Of a DNA stretch of 64,000 nt, positions 8,675 to 18,763 are shown in pieces; within the stretch, counting starts at the first letter, position 1, and every line of letters starts with the position of its first letter. The notes beneath the pieces were generated by a model, which was not told the origin of the DNA, did no database searches, and was given only the letters and a program-made list of their open reading frames with translations. Made by a program: the position numbers and the translations under genes. Source of the stretch: Candidatus Saccharimonadales bacterium (GTDB lineage Bacteria; Patescibacteriota; Saccharimonadia; Saccharimonadales; OMJO01); NCBI GenBank assembly GCA_035480035.1, contig DATIID010000008.1, positions 74,401 through 138,400 on the forward strand. The letters are read 5' to 3'.

Positions 8675-10912
8675 TTGATGACACTTAACACATCTCGTTC
8701 TTCCATTACCAGTCGGCTAACCTATTTACTTTTGTTTTGTTTTTTCACCTCGGGTTTCTGTGCATTGGTTTACCAATTAGTTTGGCTAAGATTAGCTTTT
8801 GCAGAGTTTGGTATTAATGTTCAGGTCGTCTCGGTTGTACTGTCGGTCTTTATGGCCGGGCTAGGTCTTGGTTCGATTAGCACTAGTCGAATTAAGAATT
8901 TTATTAATTCTAAGGTCTCGATTGACACATTACGGCTATATGCGATTGCCGAGCTGTTTATCGGTCTAGGCTCAATTATCGTTCCAAAACTTTTTATATT
9001 CGGCAACAGGTCGCTTCTTGCTATTGGTCAAACCAGTTCTTTTTGGTATCTGGTACTTACGGCCATCATGGTGTTCATATCGATTTTACCCTGGAGTTTT
9101 ACTATGGGTACGACCATACCCTTAATGATGTCAGTTTTCAAAGAGCGACGACTTTCAGATACCCGAAGTTTTAGCCTGTTATATACAGTCAACTCAGCCG
9201 GAGCGCTATTTGGCGTCGTTGTTAGCACATTTGTTCTTATTGAGCTGTTCGGCTTTCAAGCTACGTTGCTAATGGCTGGAATACTTAATGTACTGATCGC
9301 CCTGTTATGTTTTTATCTAGCTCGCCAACTACCTAAAAGTAAAACTCGACGCGCATTGATTAGCTCGAATAGCATGACGGCTAAATCCCACATAAACAAA
9401 TCTAACGAAAATCAGTTACCTCTTTATGTACTGTTTTTTACGGGATTTTGCTCGATTGGTCTCGAGGTAATTTGGACCCGACTGTTTACCGCCGTCTTAT
9501 TGACTACCGTGTATGCGTTCGCACTGATTTTAATTGTATATCTCTTGGCAACGGTAGCTGGAGTGCGCACTTATAGGCGTAAGAATAGACAAAAACCTCC
9601 AGTTTCTACAACCTTGTTAGTATGGTTGGTGGCCATCGTTTCAATATCACAAATCGAGATTAATGATCCGCGTCTTCACCTGGGTGCATTCGGTCTAGTC
9701 GTTACAATTTTTGTTTACGCATTTTTACTTGGCTACCTCACTCCAAAACAAGTTGATCAATATTCATTGGGTAATCCAAAAATTGCTGGCAGAGCTTACT
9801 CGATTAACGCCCTTGGTTGTATCATTGGCCCGTTGTTGGTTGGCTATTTGCTTTTACCCTGGCTTGGCGCTCGTACATCAATAATAATTTTAAGTGCGCC
9901 ATTCTTAGTAATCGGTAGTATATTGTTAGCCAAAAATAAGGTCAAATATTATTACAGGGTTGCCGCAGTGGGCTCATCCGTGGCACTTATTATGATAGGT
10001 CTGTTGATTAACGTGAGTTATGAGGAAGGTCCTCTCAACATACCGAAAATGATAAAAAGAGATTACAGCGCCACTGTCTTTGCTTATGGTAGCGGTCTGT
10101 CAAAACAACTCATGGTTAATGGTAATGCCATAACAAGCCTCTCGCCTATCACAAAAATAATGGCACATCTGCCGTTGGCTACTCACAGTACTAAAGTTAG
10201 TAATGTGCTGGTGATTTGTTTTGGCATGGGCACAACTTTTAGATCGTCACTAAGCTGGGGCGTCGACACAACGTCAGTTGAGTTAACGCCTAGTGTCCCA
10301 GAACTTTTCCCCTATTTTTTCGGTGATGCTAACAAAGTCATCAGCGATAAACATGGCAAAATTGTCATAGATGATGGTCGAAGATATTTACAGAGAGTGA
10401 ATAAGCAATATGACCTCATAACCATTGATCCGCCGCCGCCAAGTCCAACTGTCGGATCAAGTTTGTTGTACTCGAGGGAATTTTACAAAGTTGCGAAAAG
10501 TCGACTGGCCAGAAATGGCATCCTACAGCAATGGTATCCCGGAGTCGCGGGTGAGACTTTGCAGGCCGTAGCCCGCTCACTGGCCGATGAGTTTACTTAT
10601 GTCAAAGTTTACCGCAGTACAATCGAGCCATATGTATCCGAGAGAAAAGGTTATCATTTCTTGGCATCAATGGAGCCTTTGATTGATCAATCGCCAATCG
10701 AGCTTGCCAAAAAAATGCCAGCCAGCGCCCAAAAGGATCTCTTAGAATGGGAATCTCCTGGCATTAGCACCGAAAAGATGCTTAAAGATATCCTCAATAA
10801 CGAGGTCAACATAAACAGCTTACTTAACCCAGACAAAAGCATTGTTATTACTGACGATCATCCCTTTAATGAATATTTCTACCTGAGATACAGCCTTCGA
10901 AATAAATATTAA
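8675..10912 (+). CDS. Fused membrane (MFS-like)/spermidine synthase-like SAM-binding protein
   Basis: N-terminal SG..ALVYQ.VW.R multi-TM repeat; C-terminal VLVICFGMGTT, DDGR and YDLITIDPPP motifs. Confidence 0.85.
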   Translation: MMTLNTSRSSITSRLTYLLLFCFFTSGFCALVYQLVWLRLAFAEFGINVQVVSVVLSVFMAGLGLGSISTSRIKNFINSKVSIDTLRLYAIAELFIGLGSIIVPKLFIFGNRSLLAIGQTSSFWYLVLTAIMVFISILPWSFTMGTTIPLMMSVFKERRLSDTRSFSLLYTVNSAGALFGVVVSTFVLIELFGFQATLLMAGILNVLIALLCFYLARQLPKSKTRRALISSNSMTAKSHINKSNENQLPLYVLFFTGFCSIGLEVIWTRLFTAVLLTTVYAFALILIVYLLATVAGVRTYRRKNRQKPPVSTTLLVWLVAIVSISQIEINDPRLHLGAFGLVVTIFVYAFLLGYLTPKQVDQYSLGNPKIAGRAYSINALGCIIGPLLVGYLLLPWLGARTSIIILSAPFLVIGSILLAKNKVKYYYRVAAVGSSVALIMIGLLINVSYEEGPLNIPKMIKRDYSATVFAYGSGLSKQLMVNGNAITSLSPITKIMAHLPLATHSTKVSNVLVICFGMGTTFRSSLSWGVDTTSVELTPSVPELFPYFFGDANKVISDKHGKIVIDDGRRYLQRVNKQYDLITIDPPPPSPTVGSSLLYSREFYKVAKSRLARNGILQQWYPGVAGETLQAVARSLADEFTYVKVYRSTIEPYVSERKGYHFLASMEPLIDQSPIELAKKMPASAQKDLLEWESPGISTEKMLKDILNNEVNINSLLNPDKSIVITDDHPFNEYFYLRYSLRNKY

Positions 10913-10944
10913 GTAAAACGTCTTTAGGCAATCGATCGCTTTAC

Positions 10945-11904
10945 TTAATTACTTAGTCTTCTAGTCTTCTTGTTGGTTATTGATGAAACGATATATAAGG
11001 GGCGGTTTTGGGTTTCAACGTAAATTCGAGAAATGTAACTGCCTAGTACACCGAGCATAATTAACTGGACACCGCCCAGGAAAAACATTGATACCATGAC
11101 AAATGCCCAACCCGGTACTTCTTTGGCTGGGTCAAATATTTTGAGCCCGACCACATAAACAATACCCATGACACTTAAAAGCGAGACTGAGTAACCCAGC
11201 TTGGAGATAAACCTCAGCGGAGCTACCGAAAAACCAGTAATACCATCGACAGCCAACCGCCACATTTTCTTTAATGAATAATTAGTCTTGCCGTTCGGCC
11301 GACTAGCCCGGCTGTAATAAACTGTGGTCTGATTAAAGCCAGCATAGCTAATTAGACCGCGAATAAACCGCTGGTGTTCGCTAAATTTCTTGATTTGATC
11401 CAAGACTTTTTTATCAATTAAACGAAAGTCACCGACATTCGAGGGTATCGGTGTGTCTGACATTTTATTAATTAAGTAATAGAATAAGCCAGCTGTTGAT
11501 CGCTTAAAGATGCTATCAACTTTACGTGGATTGCGCTTGGCGTAGACAATATCAAACCCCTCACTCCATTTGCTTATCAATTTTTGGCAAACGGCTGGCG
11601 GATCTTGCAAGTCGGCATCCATCGTGATTGTGGCGTCAGCCTCGGAATAATCCATGCCGGCAGTGATGGCAATCTGGTGACCAAAATTTCTTGATAAATT
11701 CAAAACCGTTACCGAACTGTCGGTTTGGCTTAACTTGATAAGTTTTTTGAGTGTATCATCGGTACTGCCATCATTCACAAAAATGATTCCAAAAACATAT
11801 TGCCGATTTAATGATTTGGTGACTTTTTTTAACTCACTATAAAGTTTTGGCAAGTTTAAAGATTCGTTATAAGTCGGCAAAACTATATTGACGGTTTTCT
11901 TCAT
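10945..11904 (-). CDS. GT2 polyprenyl-phosphate glycosyltransferase (GtrB/YkcC-like)
   Basis: P.YNE, NDGSTD, SRNFGHQ.A..AG and MDADLQDPP motifs, with two C-terminal TMs. Confidence 0.9.
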   Translation of the reverse strand: MKKTVNIVLPTYNESLNLPKLYSELKKVTKSLNRQYVFGIIFVNDGSTDDTLKKLIKLSQTDSSVTVLNLSRNFGHQIAITAGMDYSEADATITMDADLQDPPAVCQKLISKWSEGFDIVYAKRNPRKVDSIFKRSTAGLFYYLINKMSDTPIPSNVGDFRLIDKKVLDQIKKFSEHQRFIRGLISYAGFNQTTVYYSRASRPNGKTNYSLKKMWRLAVDGITGFSVAPLRFISKLGYSVSLLSVMGIVYVVGLKIFDPAKEVPGWAFVMVSMFFLGGVQLIMLGVLGSYISRIYVETQNRPLYIVSSITNKKTRRLSN

Positions 11905-11906
11905 TG

Positions 11907-12602
11907 TTATCTAGTATAGTAGCCAGTGCCGAAACGCCACAATACCCGAAGTGTTGTCAAACCGTAGACAAAGCTCGGCCAAAACTTAATCGAAGAGATG
12001 GTTGAATTGTAATAACAGTCGGTGTCAACTTCGGTGATTTGGTATTTATTGGCGATTGTCCAAGCGATTAGCTCGCTATCAAATACAAAATTGTCCGAAA
12101 AAGTTTCGTAGGGAATTTTCTTGAGTAGCTTAGCATTGTAAGCCCGTAATCCAGTGTGGTATTCGGACAGCCCGGCACCGTAAACTTGGTTTTGGCAAAA
12201 AGTCAGGAACCGGTTAGCGGCATATTTCCACAGTGGCATACCATTCAATCGAGCGGTTTTAAAACGTGAACCTAAAACTAAATCAGAACCGCTATGTATT
12301 TGTTCAATCATTTCTGGCAAACACTTGGTGTTGTACTGGTCATCGGGGTGCACCATGATAATGACATCTGATTTACTGGCCTTGATGGCATTAAACAGGC
12401 TTTTTTGGTTAGCGCCATACCCAAGATTACGCTCATGCACGATAGTCTTGATGCCCAGTTTCTGACTGATGACTTTAGTCTTGTCTTGGCTAGCGTCGTC
12501 GCACAACAACAATTCGTCATAAACTTTTGGCAAATTTAAGTAAGTCGCCTTAAGCGTGTTGGCGGCATTGTAAGCCGGAAATATTATCGTAGTCCGGCCC
12601 AT
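11907..12602 (-). CDS. GT2 DPM1-like glycosyltransferase
   Basis: PAYNA, DDASQD, N.GYGANQK, HPD.QY and VLGSR motifs. Confidence 0.9.
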   Translation of the reverse strand: MGRTTIIFPAYNAANTLKATYLNLPKVYDELLLCDDASQDKTKVISQKLGIKTIVHERNLGYGANQKSLFNAIKASKSDVIIMVHPDDQYNTKCLPEMIEQIHSGSDLVLGSRFKTARLNGMPLWKYAANRFLTFCQNQVYGAGLSEYHTGLRAYNAKLLKKIPYETFSDNFVFDSELIAWTIANKYQITEVDTDCYYNSTISSIKFWPSFVYGLTTLRVLWRFGTGYYTR

Positions 12603-13810
12603 GAGTTGTTCAATATAAAAGTTAATAACAGATAGAAATTAAACATGCCAGAGCCGATTAATAAAAATTTCATTGGGGAACTTAACTTTTTTTGCCGTTC
12701 GCGGTATTTAATCATTAGTATCAACAATATCAGTGGCAGAAAATCGAGGGCATAGCGATAGCCAATTTGATAGTAGCCAATGCCATAATAACCAAAGATC
12801 ATGACCATACTGACAGCCACGGCAATTAGCAAGTTGCGGGTAGTGTGGTTAAAGTCACTTTTTCGAAGATTAAATAGCCAGAGTAGGTATGGAGAACTGA
12901 AAAATATACTCATTCCCCAGGGATTATTTTTAATAAACGGCATTCTTAGAACCTCTGAAACGTGGTCGCGGAAGACTGGCAGCGGACCAGCCAAAAAAGC
13001 ATAATAAATATTGGCTGGAAAATGAACGATACTGTAGACGCCATAACGACGGGTGGCTAATAATTGATCCCTCAGATATTGGTAGCGATAGCCCTGCTCA
13101 AAGATCGAGTGGAAGCGCGCATAGTTGTAAAGCGCCAATATAAGACCAGCAACCACGACCGGTGAAATTATTTGCAACCAGGCTTTTTGCCATTGTTTAC
13201 TGTCTTTATAAAGCGACTTGGATTCCAAAATAAAGAATAGGGCAATCGGGGCGGCGCTAATTCGGGTTAAGGCTAAACCGGCGCAAAATAAACCAATCAG
13301 CCACCAACGTTTTTGACCAACGTACTCATAAAGCGCTAACAGTAGCAGTAAAACAGTTATAGCTTGGGCAAAGAACCAACTCATCGATAGTGCTATGATG
13401 CCAATGTAGGCACTCCCCAGCAGAAAGCCAAATGCCCAAATCGCACTATCTTCACCGTCATATTTTAGTTTTCGCGCCAGTTTGAACAACATTACCAAGT
13501 TAATCATTGTGATGACCACCTGTAGATATGATTGATAGAAAAACAGATGGAATAAACTGAATAACGCAACAAACGGCATTAGGATTATGGCCGGCAATGG
13601 GCCTTGTGGCCAGTAATATTTGTTTTGATAAACCGACCAGTCGTCAGTTGAACCTGGACCTGCTTGAGTGACATTCAGGCGGTGATGTAACATAGCATCC
13701 GATAGATAACTAAACTGCTGATGGTTTGTGGTGGACATACAGAGCACAATCGCCACATAAAAGATAATAATGGCGGGCGCGAATTTAAGTATTTTTGTTA
13801 TGCCAATCAT
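12584..13810 (-). CDS. GT-C-like multi-pass membrane protein
   Basis: D.S.Y..KYY..GPLPA, YNYARF.SIFE.GY and GYRYALD motifs; cotranscribed with GT2 genes. Confidence 0.65.
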   Translation of the reverse strand: MIGITKILKFAPAIIIFYVAIVLCMSTTNHQQFSYLSDAMLHHRLNVTQAGPGSTDDWSVYQNKYYWPQGPLPAIILMPFVALFSLFHLFFYQSYLQVVITMINLVMLFKLARKLKYDGEDSAIWAFGFLLGSAYIGIIALSMSWFFAQAITVLLLLLALYEYVGQKRWWLIGLFCAGLALTRISAAPIALFFILESKSLYKDSKQWQKAWLQIISPVVVAGLILALYNYARFHSIFEQGYRYQYLRDQLLATRRYGVYSIVHFPANIYYAFLAGPLPVFRDHVSEVLRMPFIKNNPWGMSIFFSSPYLLWLFNLRKSDFNHTTRNLLIAVAVSMVMIFGYYGIGYYQIGYRYALDFLPLILLILMIKYRERQKKLSSPMKFLLIGSGMFNFYLLLTFILNNSWAGLR

Positions 13811-13881
13811 TTACCCCTTGGTCCCTTGGATTATATCATGCCAAAGAGATTAAGCTTGACCTGTTAATAATCCTAATCTTG

Positions 13882-15543
13882 TTAGTGTTCCGGTATCTGA
13901 TAAATTAATATTGAACCAGCCACTGTATCAATCGGATAAACCCCCCTGATTTTGTAGTTAACCTTATTAAGACCACTGTAATTAGCAATCGAAGCCGATA
14001 CGGCCAGCCAGCCGCCACGTCTGGGAATTCGCCGATTCAGCCAATGTTTATCAAACGGCGCAATGCCAATATCGATAGTCTTAAAACCGTAGTAGGCCGG
14101 CTCAGCCATACCAAAATAGATAATTGGTAAGTTACTAATACAGTGTTTGTCGGTGTAAGCTTTTAATTGTTTCAGACCCTGGCCCCAGTCCAAGTTTGAA
14201 TCTGCCAAATAACGGTAGCTGTTTTTCCGACCGCCAAACAGCTCGTTGGAATAAGCTAAGTAATTAGGATAAGCACTGGCAAGCGTAAAAACGTAATAGG
14301 CCGCTCCCAGAGCAAGCCACGAGTAACCGTGTTTATAATTTTTGATTAATAAATAGCCGGCTCGTCCCAGCAAAATAAACAAAAAAGGATAAATTACAAA
14401 AATTAAACGCAGTCCAACCGCAAACTGTGTCTCCATTACCAGTACAAGGGTAACGACTATTGGTAAGACCAAAAACATCATGGTGTTGGACAGTCGATAG
14501 TATTTATTTTTCTTTACATAAATTAAGCCGCAAACTGTAACCAGTAGAACAACCAGTGTACTTTTGATAATAAAACTGCCCGGGAAAAACCAGACTTGGC
14601 CACTATTAGAATAATAACCCCCCAGATACATTGGTTTGTAAGCACCGTAACGACGCAGCCCTTGGTAGAGAGATTCGGTAAAACTACCGGGTAATAAATT
14701 GGCATGCTGCCAAACTTTACTGCCTTGGATAACCAGATAAGTCAGCCAGACGGTAATAAATGCCGACAAGTAGACTAAGCCCAGATGATTAAAATAAAAT
14801 CTTAACCGTTCACGCTGGGTTTGTTTAAACTTAAGCGCCGCCGGTATAAGCAGAATTAAAAGCATCACAACGGCTGAAACGGCACTGATTTTAGTGGCCA
14901 GTGCTAGTCCTAAAAATAAACCGGCTAGTTTGTATTTCCAGCTGGCATGTTTTTGATAGGCTAACCACAGACAATAGGCCATTGCGGCTACAAACGCCGC
15001 CATTGGCAGGTCAAAGGTCACCAAATGGCTGAAGGCGATCATGCTAGGGTCTAGGCTGTAAAAAGCTAAGGCCAGTAGGCCAACGGTTGCACCAAACATT
15101 GATTGAGCCCAGAAGAAGATAACTAAGCCTAGTGACATTGCTAGTATGAGTACGGGCAAACGGCCCCAAAATACTATTTTGTCGGCGTCATTGCCGGGCG
15201 TGAAATAGAGTAAATGACGGCCAAAGTCGTATTCTTGATCATTTTTAAAGCTTGGCCAATTAGTATCAAGCTTCGGGTGAGCGACAAATTGTGCACTTAA
15301 ACCGCTTAGGTATTTGATAAGTACGGGGTGCTCGGAGTTGATTCGAAAGTCATCAGTCTGGACATAACTAATGCCGGCTGGAATATGTGAAACCTCATCG
15401 GCAGTGGCCGATTCATGCGAAGATTCAATCAGGCTAAGACTGGCAAAGATCCCAAGCAGTAAAACAACCAGAGATGGAATTATCCAGCGCCTAAGTTTGT
15501 TACCAAACTTATTGGTAAATTTTGATATTTTTTTATTGGGCAT
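13882..15543 (-). CDS. ArnT/PMT-like (GT39/GT83) membrane glycosyltransferase
   Basis: T.DE..HI.AG, EHP.L.K, GLALATK and DSNLDWGQ motifs. Confidence 0.85.
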   Translation of the reverse strand: MPNKKISKFTNKFGNKLRRWIIPSLVVLLLGIFASLSLIESSHESATADEVSHIPAGISYVQTDDFRINSEHPVLIKYLSGLSAQFVAHPKLDTNWPSFKNDQEYDFGRHLLYFTPGNDADKIVFWGRLPVLILAMSLGLVIFFWAQSMFGATVGLLALAFYSLDPSMIAFSHLVTFDLPMAAFVAAMAYCLWLAYQKHASWKYKLAGLFLGLALATKISAVSAVVMLLILLIPAALKFKQTQRERLRFYFNHLGLVYLSAFITVWLTYLVIQGSKVWQHANLLPGSFTESLYQGLRRYGAYKPMYLGGYYSNSGQVWFFPGSFIIKSTLVVLLVTVCGLIYVKKNKYYRLSNTMMFLVLPIVVTLVLVMETQFAVGLRLIFVIYPFLFILLGRAGYLLIKNYKHGYSWLALGAAYYVFTLASAYPNYLAYSNELFGGRKNSYRYLADSNLDWGQGLKQLKAYTDKHCISNLPIIYFGMAEPAYYGFKTIDIGIAPFDKHWLNRRIPRRGGWLAVSASIANYSGLNKVNYKIRGVYPIDTVAGSILIYQIPEH

Positions 15544-15561
15544 AGGTTAGTCTCGCCAACT

Positions 15562-15651
<90 letters not shown>

Positions 15652-15686
15652 TAACAGGGGTAATTATAGCAATGGTTAGGTGTTAT

Positions 15687-16364
15687 TCAAAATTGGCTTT
15701 TCTGAGCGAATACTAATGCATTGACTGATTTGGCACCTGCTTGGCGCAAAACACGGGCAACTGATTCCAGCGTGCCGCCAGTGGTGACAATATCATCAAT
15801 TAAAATAATTGACTGGCCTTGAACATGCTTGGGGTGTTTAACATAAAAAGCCAATCCCAGTTGTTTTAAGCGCTCCTCTCTGTGAGCACCAACTTGTCGC
15901 GATTGGCCCAGACGCCCAACCAGTGACTCATAACTATAGCCAGTTTGACTAGAAATAGCTTTGGCTAGTAGTTTGGTGTGATCATAACCACGCATCCGTA
16001 AGCGTGACGTAGCCGTTGGTACCGGCACTAATAGTGGTGGTTTTTCAAATAACGGCAAAGTTGTGCTCATATAACTCGAGATTGCTCGATTAGCCGATTG
16101 GCCACGCTCAAACTTATAGAAATGCAGTAATTCTTTGGCTAGATCGCTGTACTCTGTTGCAACCCAAACGTGGTTAAGGCGACTTTTGGACCGACAGCGT
16201 TTACAAACTTGAAAATTTTCAGTAACCGCCTTGCAAATATAGCAACGCGACGGTAACGGCAGCACTAAACTGGCACAATTAGAACAGATCAAACTGCCTT
16301 CTTGGCCGCAAGACAAGCAGTTGAATGGGGCGATGACGCTTATAAGTCGCTCTAATACAAACAT
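15687..16364 (-). CDS. comF: ComF family competence protein (double zinc ribbon + PRTase)
   Basis: CxxC repeats, VP.P....R...RG.. and LIDDIVTTGGTL motifs. Confidence 0.9.
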   Translation of the reverse strand: MFVLERLISVIAPFNCLSCGQEGSLICSNCASLVLPLPSRCYICKAVTENFQVCKRCRSKSRLNHVWVATEYSDLAKELLHFYKFERGQSANRAISSYMSTTLPLFEKPPLLVPVPTATSRLRMRGYDHTKLLAKAISSQTGYSYESLVGRLGQSRQVGAHREERLKQLGLAFYVKHPKHVQGQSIILIDDIVTTGGTLESVARVLRQAGAKSVNALVFAQKSQF

Positions 16365-16401
16365 GTTGTAATACTTATGTTGTAAATATCCACAGGCACG
16401 G

Positions 16402-16431
16402 TTGCACCTGTTGAATATACTAAGCTATACT
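16402..16431 (+). promoter_or_regulatory. sigma70-type promoter for hsp20
   Basis: TTGCAC-18 nt-TATACT. Confidence 0.55.
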
Positions 16432-16570
16432 GATAGGTAACAAAAATTGCAAGTCAAAAATGATCTAATCATAAGAGGGAAAGCCGTCATATTTATCATC
16501 TGAGTAGGTCGGCTAATTGGGGAACCGCTGTGGCGGACTACTCATATTAATAAAGTGGAGGGTAACAACG

Positions 16571-17044
16571 ATGGCACGCAAAAACCACGATGAGGACCTA
16601 TTAATGGAAGACGAATTAACTGCCGCCTTTTTAGGCGATGATAATGATGTGCCCGCCGCTGGCGATGATAGTGATGTGCCCGCCGAACCGTCGGATGAGT
16701 GGGACGAGGAAGAAGCTGTACCAGGCCAGTTAGCTGTTGATGTTTATGAAACCAAAGAAAAATTGGTGGTCAAGGCACGTACAGCTGGGGTTAACAAGAG
16801 TGAGCTAGATGTCAGTATTGCTGACAATACTCTAAGTATTCGCGGTACACTTTCAGCCGGTAACGAAGAAGATGTTGAGAATTATTTCGTTCAAGAGTGT
16901 TACTGGGGTGAATTTTCACGCAGTATTGCCTTACCGGTACCAGTTAAAGAAGACGAGATTGAAGCTGTCTTAAAAGATGGTGTCTTAACAATTAGTTTCG
17001 CTAAAGTTAAGCAAGACAGCGTTAAGAAGATACAAGTTCTCTAA
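16571..17044 (+). CDS. Hsp20/alpha-crystallin small heat-shock protein with acidic N-terminus
   Basis: GQLAVDVYET, ECYWGEFSRSIALP and A.LKDGVLTI motifs; start moved to ATG 16571, which has an upstream GGAGG SD. Confidence 0.9.
   Translation: MARKNHDEDLLMEDELTAAFLGDDNDVPAAGDDSDVPAEPSDEWDEEEAVPGQLAVDVYETKEKLVVKARTAGVNKSELDVSIADNTLSIRGTLSAGNEEDVENYFVQECYWGEFSRSIALPVPVKEDEIEAVLKDGVLTISFAKVKQDSVKKIQVL
16634..16685 (+). repeat. 27-bp tandem duplication in hsp20 (GDDNDVPAA/GDDSDVPAE)
   Basis: ggcgatgataatgatgtgcccgccg / ggcgatgatagtgatgtgcccgccg. Confidence 0.85.
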
Positions 17045-17055
17045 GGACTATTAAT

Positions 17056-17091
17056 AAATAGCCAGCCTCTACAAGCTGGCTATTTTTATTT
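17056..17091 (+). terminator. Intrinsic terminator after hsp20
   Basis: AAATAGCCAGC-8 nt-GCTGGCTATTT followed by T-rich sequence. Confidence 0.8.
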
Positions 17092-17103
17092 ACATATGCT
17101 TGG

Positions 17104-17136
17104 AAAATAAAAACGCGCCGTGATTTTCGCGGCGCG
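17104..17136 (-). terminator. Intrinsic terminator of the pilin array
   Basis: CGCGCCGTGA-TTT-TCGCGGCGCG hairpin, followed on the minus strand by TTTTTATTTT. Confidence 0.8.
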
Positions 17137-17160
17137 CTATCTTTAGGCAGTTAAGATATT

Positions 17161-17577
17161 TTAGCCACCTGCAGTTTGTGTCTTGTTTAGGACGAACTTG
17201 ACGATTAGCTGAGCTAATGCCACGATGACCAAACCGACAATCGCGTACAGAATGGTATTCTTTGCACCCGAAACGGCACCAGCGTCACCGTTAGATGTAA
17301 CGTACTTAAGACCACCGATGATGATCATGACTACACAAACTAGACCAACAACTACTGAAAAGATGTTGATGGCGATTGTAACAATGTTTTGCACAACTGT
17401 TACAGCGTTGTTTGCTGAAGTACAGCTAGTTGCCGCCAGGTCAGCGTTAGCACCACAAGACAAGTGGTTAGACCCAGTTAGCACTGCAGCTCCGGCAGTA
17501 GCAGGCGCAGCCAGCGGTGTTAAGAACAAAGCCGACATTGTGCCTATCATTAATAATTTTCTAATTGCTTTTATCAT
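17161..17577 (-). CDS. VirB2/TrbC-like T4SS pilin 1
   Basis: Signal peptide, Cys-pair loop, and II.GG.KY.TS.GD......AKNTILYAIVGL hairpin. Confidence 0.85.
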   Translation of the reverse strand: MIKAIRKLLMIGTMSALFLTPLAAPATAGAAVLTGSNHLSCGANADLAATSCTSANNAVTVVQNIVTIAINIFSVVVGLVCVVMIIIGGLKYVTSNGDAGAVSGAKNTILYAIVGLVIVALAQLIVKFVLNKTQTAGG

Positions 17578-17657
17578 TTTATAGACCTTTCTTATTCTAT
17601 TGTATCTACTTATACCATAACCATTTTAGATATAGCAATAGTGTTTTTCAATACTAA

Positions 17658-18032
17658 TTATCTTATCTTGTTTAAAACGTATTTTACAATGCCTTGCGCC
17701 AAGGCCGCAACAATGATTCCAACTATGGCATAGATCAGGGTGTTTTTAGCACTCGCCACGGCATTTGGGTCGCCATTGGAAGTAATGTATTTGAAACCAG
17801 ATATGATTACCATAACGACGGCGACAAAGCCGATTACGACGGCGAAAAGCTGAACCGATTTGGCCGCAGCGCTTGGAATATTAGTACTACCGGCCGGAGC
17901 TGTACAACCAGTACCCAAACCCGCGCCATTACAAACTGCCTGTTGAGCGGCCGAAGCAGCCATAGCAACAACTGGTGTCAGTAATATGGTCGCGGTGATG
18001 AAAGCTATTACTAAGTTAATAAATTTTCGCAA
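17658..18032 (-). CDS. VirB2/TrbC-like T4SS pilin 2
   Basis: SGFKYITSNGDP..V..AKNTLIYAIVG motif; AGGAG SD before a TTG start. Confidence 0.85.
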   Translation of the reverse strand: MRKFINLVIAFITATILLTPVVAMAASAAQQAVCNGAGLGTGCTAPAGSTNIPSAAAKSVQLFAVVIGFVAVVMVIISGFKYITSNGDPNAVASAKNTLIYAIVGIIVAALAQGIVKYVLNKIR

Positions 18033-18047
18033 AATATTTCTCCTTTT

Positions 18048-18473
18048 TCATAGTATATGATTTAAAGCAAAGGCAATTGTAGCTTGAGCTGAAACTGCCA
18101 CGATTAATCCAACTACGGCGTAGAGTAAGGTGTTTCTGGCAGTAGCAACTCGTTGGGCATCGCCTCTGGAATTCATAAATTGAAAACCAGAGTACAAGAT
18201 AACTGCCACTGATGCTAGACCAATTATCCAACTGAGTATTAATGACGCCTTGATTATAACGCCGTTATTGCCAGCAAACGGGTTGGCTGAATATGACTTG
18301 CAAGCAACCGAAGCAGTCGCCGAGCCTTGGCACACAGGCAGGGTTTTCGCGGTAGCACCTCCAGATGTCGGGCGGTTAAACGGATTGAAGGCCAGGGCTT
18401 GGCTAGACTGTAACAATACAAAGCTAGTGGCTAGTAGCAAGATTAAGGCAAGGCTTGTTTTAAAGTATTTCAT
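18048..18473 (-). CDS. VirB2/TrbC-like T4SS pilin 3
   Basis: SGFQF..SRGD......ARNTLLYAVVGL motif. Confidence 0.85.
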   Translation of the reverse strand: MKYFKTSLALILLLATSFVLLQSSQALAFNPFNRPTSGGATAKTLPVCQGSATASVACKSYSANPFAGNNGVIIKASLILSWIIGLASVAVILYSGFQFMNSRGDAQRVATARNTLLYAVVGLIVAVSAQATIAFALNHIL

Positions 18474-18763
18474 GACGTTACCTTAGGAATGACAAACGCT
18501 ACGATTGAATAGGCCATAATAGCCACTACTAAACCAACGATGGCATAAAGAATCGTATCTTTGGCTCTGGCGGTTGCTTGTGGATCGCCTCGCGACATGA
18601 CGTATTTAAAACCACCCAACGCGATAATAAATACGGCGATGGCGCCTAAAGTCGCCAATATGGCGGTGACAACATTGTGAATGGTAGCTGAACTGGGAGT
18701 AGCACTCGGCAAGCTTTTGGGACGGTTTATATATACGGCTACCAGATAGATTAGAGCGTTCAT
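18470..18763 (-). CDS. VirB2/TrbC-like T4SS pilin 4 (short, Cys-free)
   Basis: GGFKYVMSRGDP.....AKDTILYAIVGL motif. Confidence 0.85.
   Translation of the reverse strand: MNALIYLVAVYINRPKSLPSATPSSATIHNVVTAILATLGAIAVFIIALGGFKYVMSRGDPQATARAKDTILYAIVGLVVAIMAYSIVAFVIPKVTS

Noticed and set aside
16386-16394. Isolated DnaA-box-like ATATCCACA between comF and hsp20
   Set aside because: A single one-mismatch 9-mer is expected by chance in 64 kb
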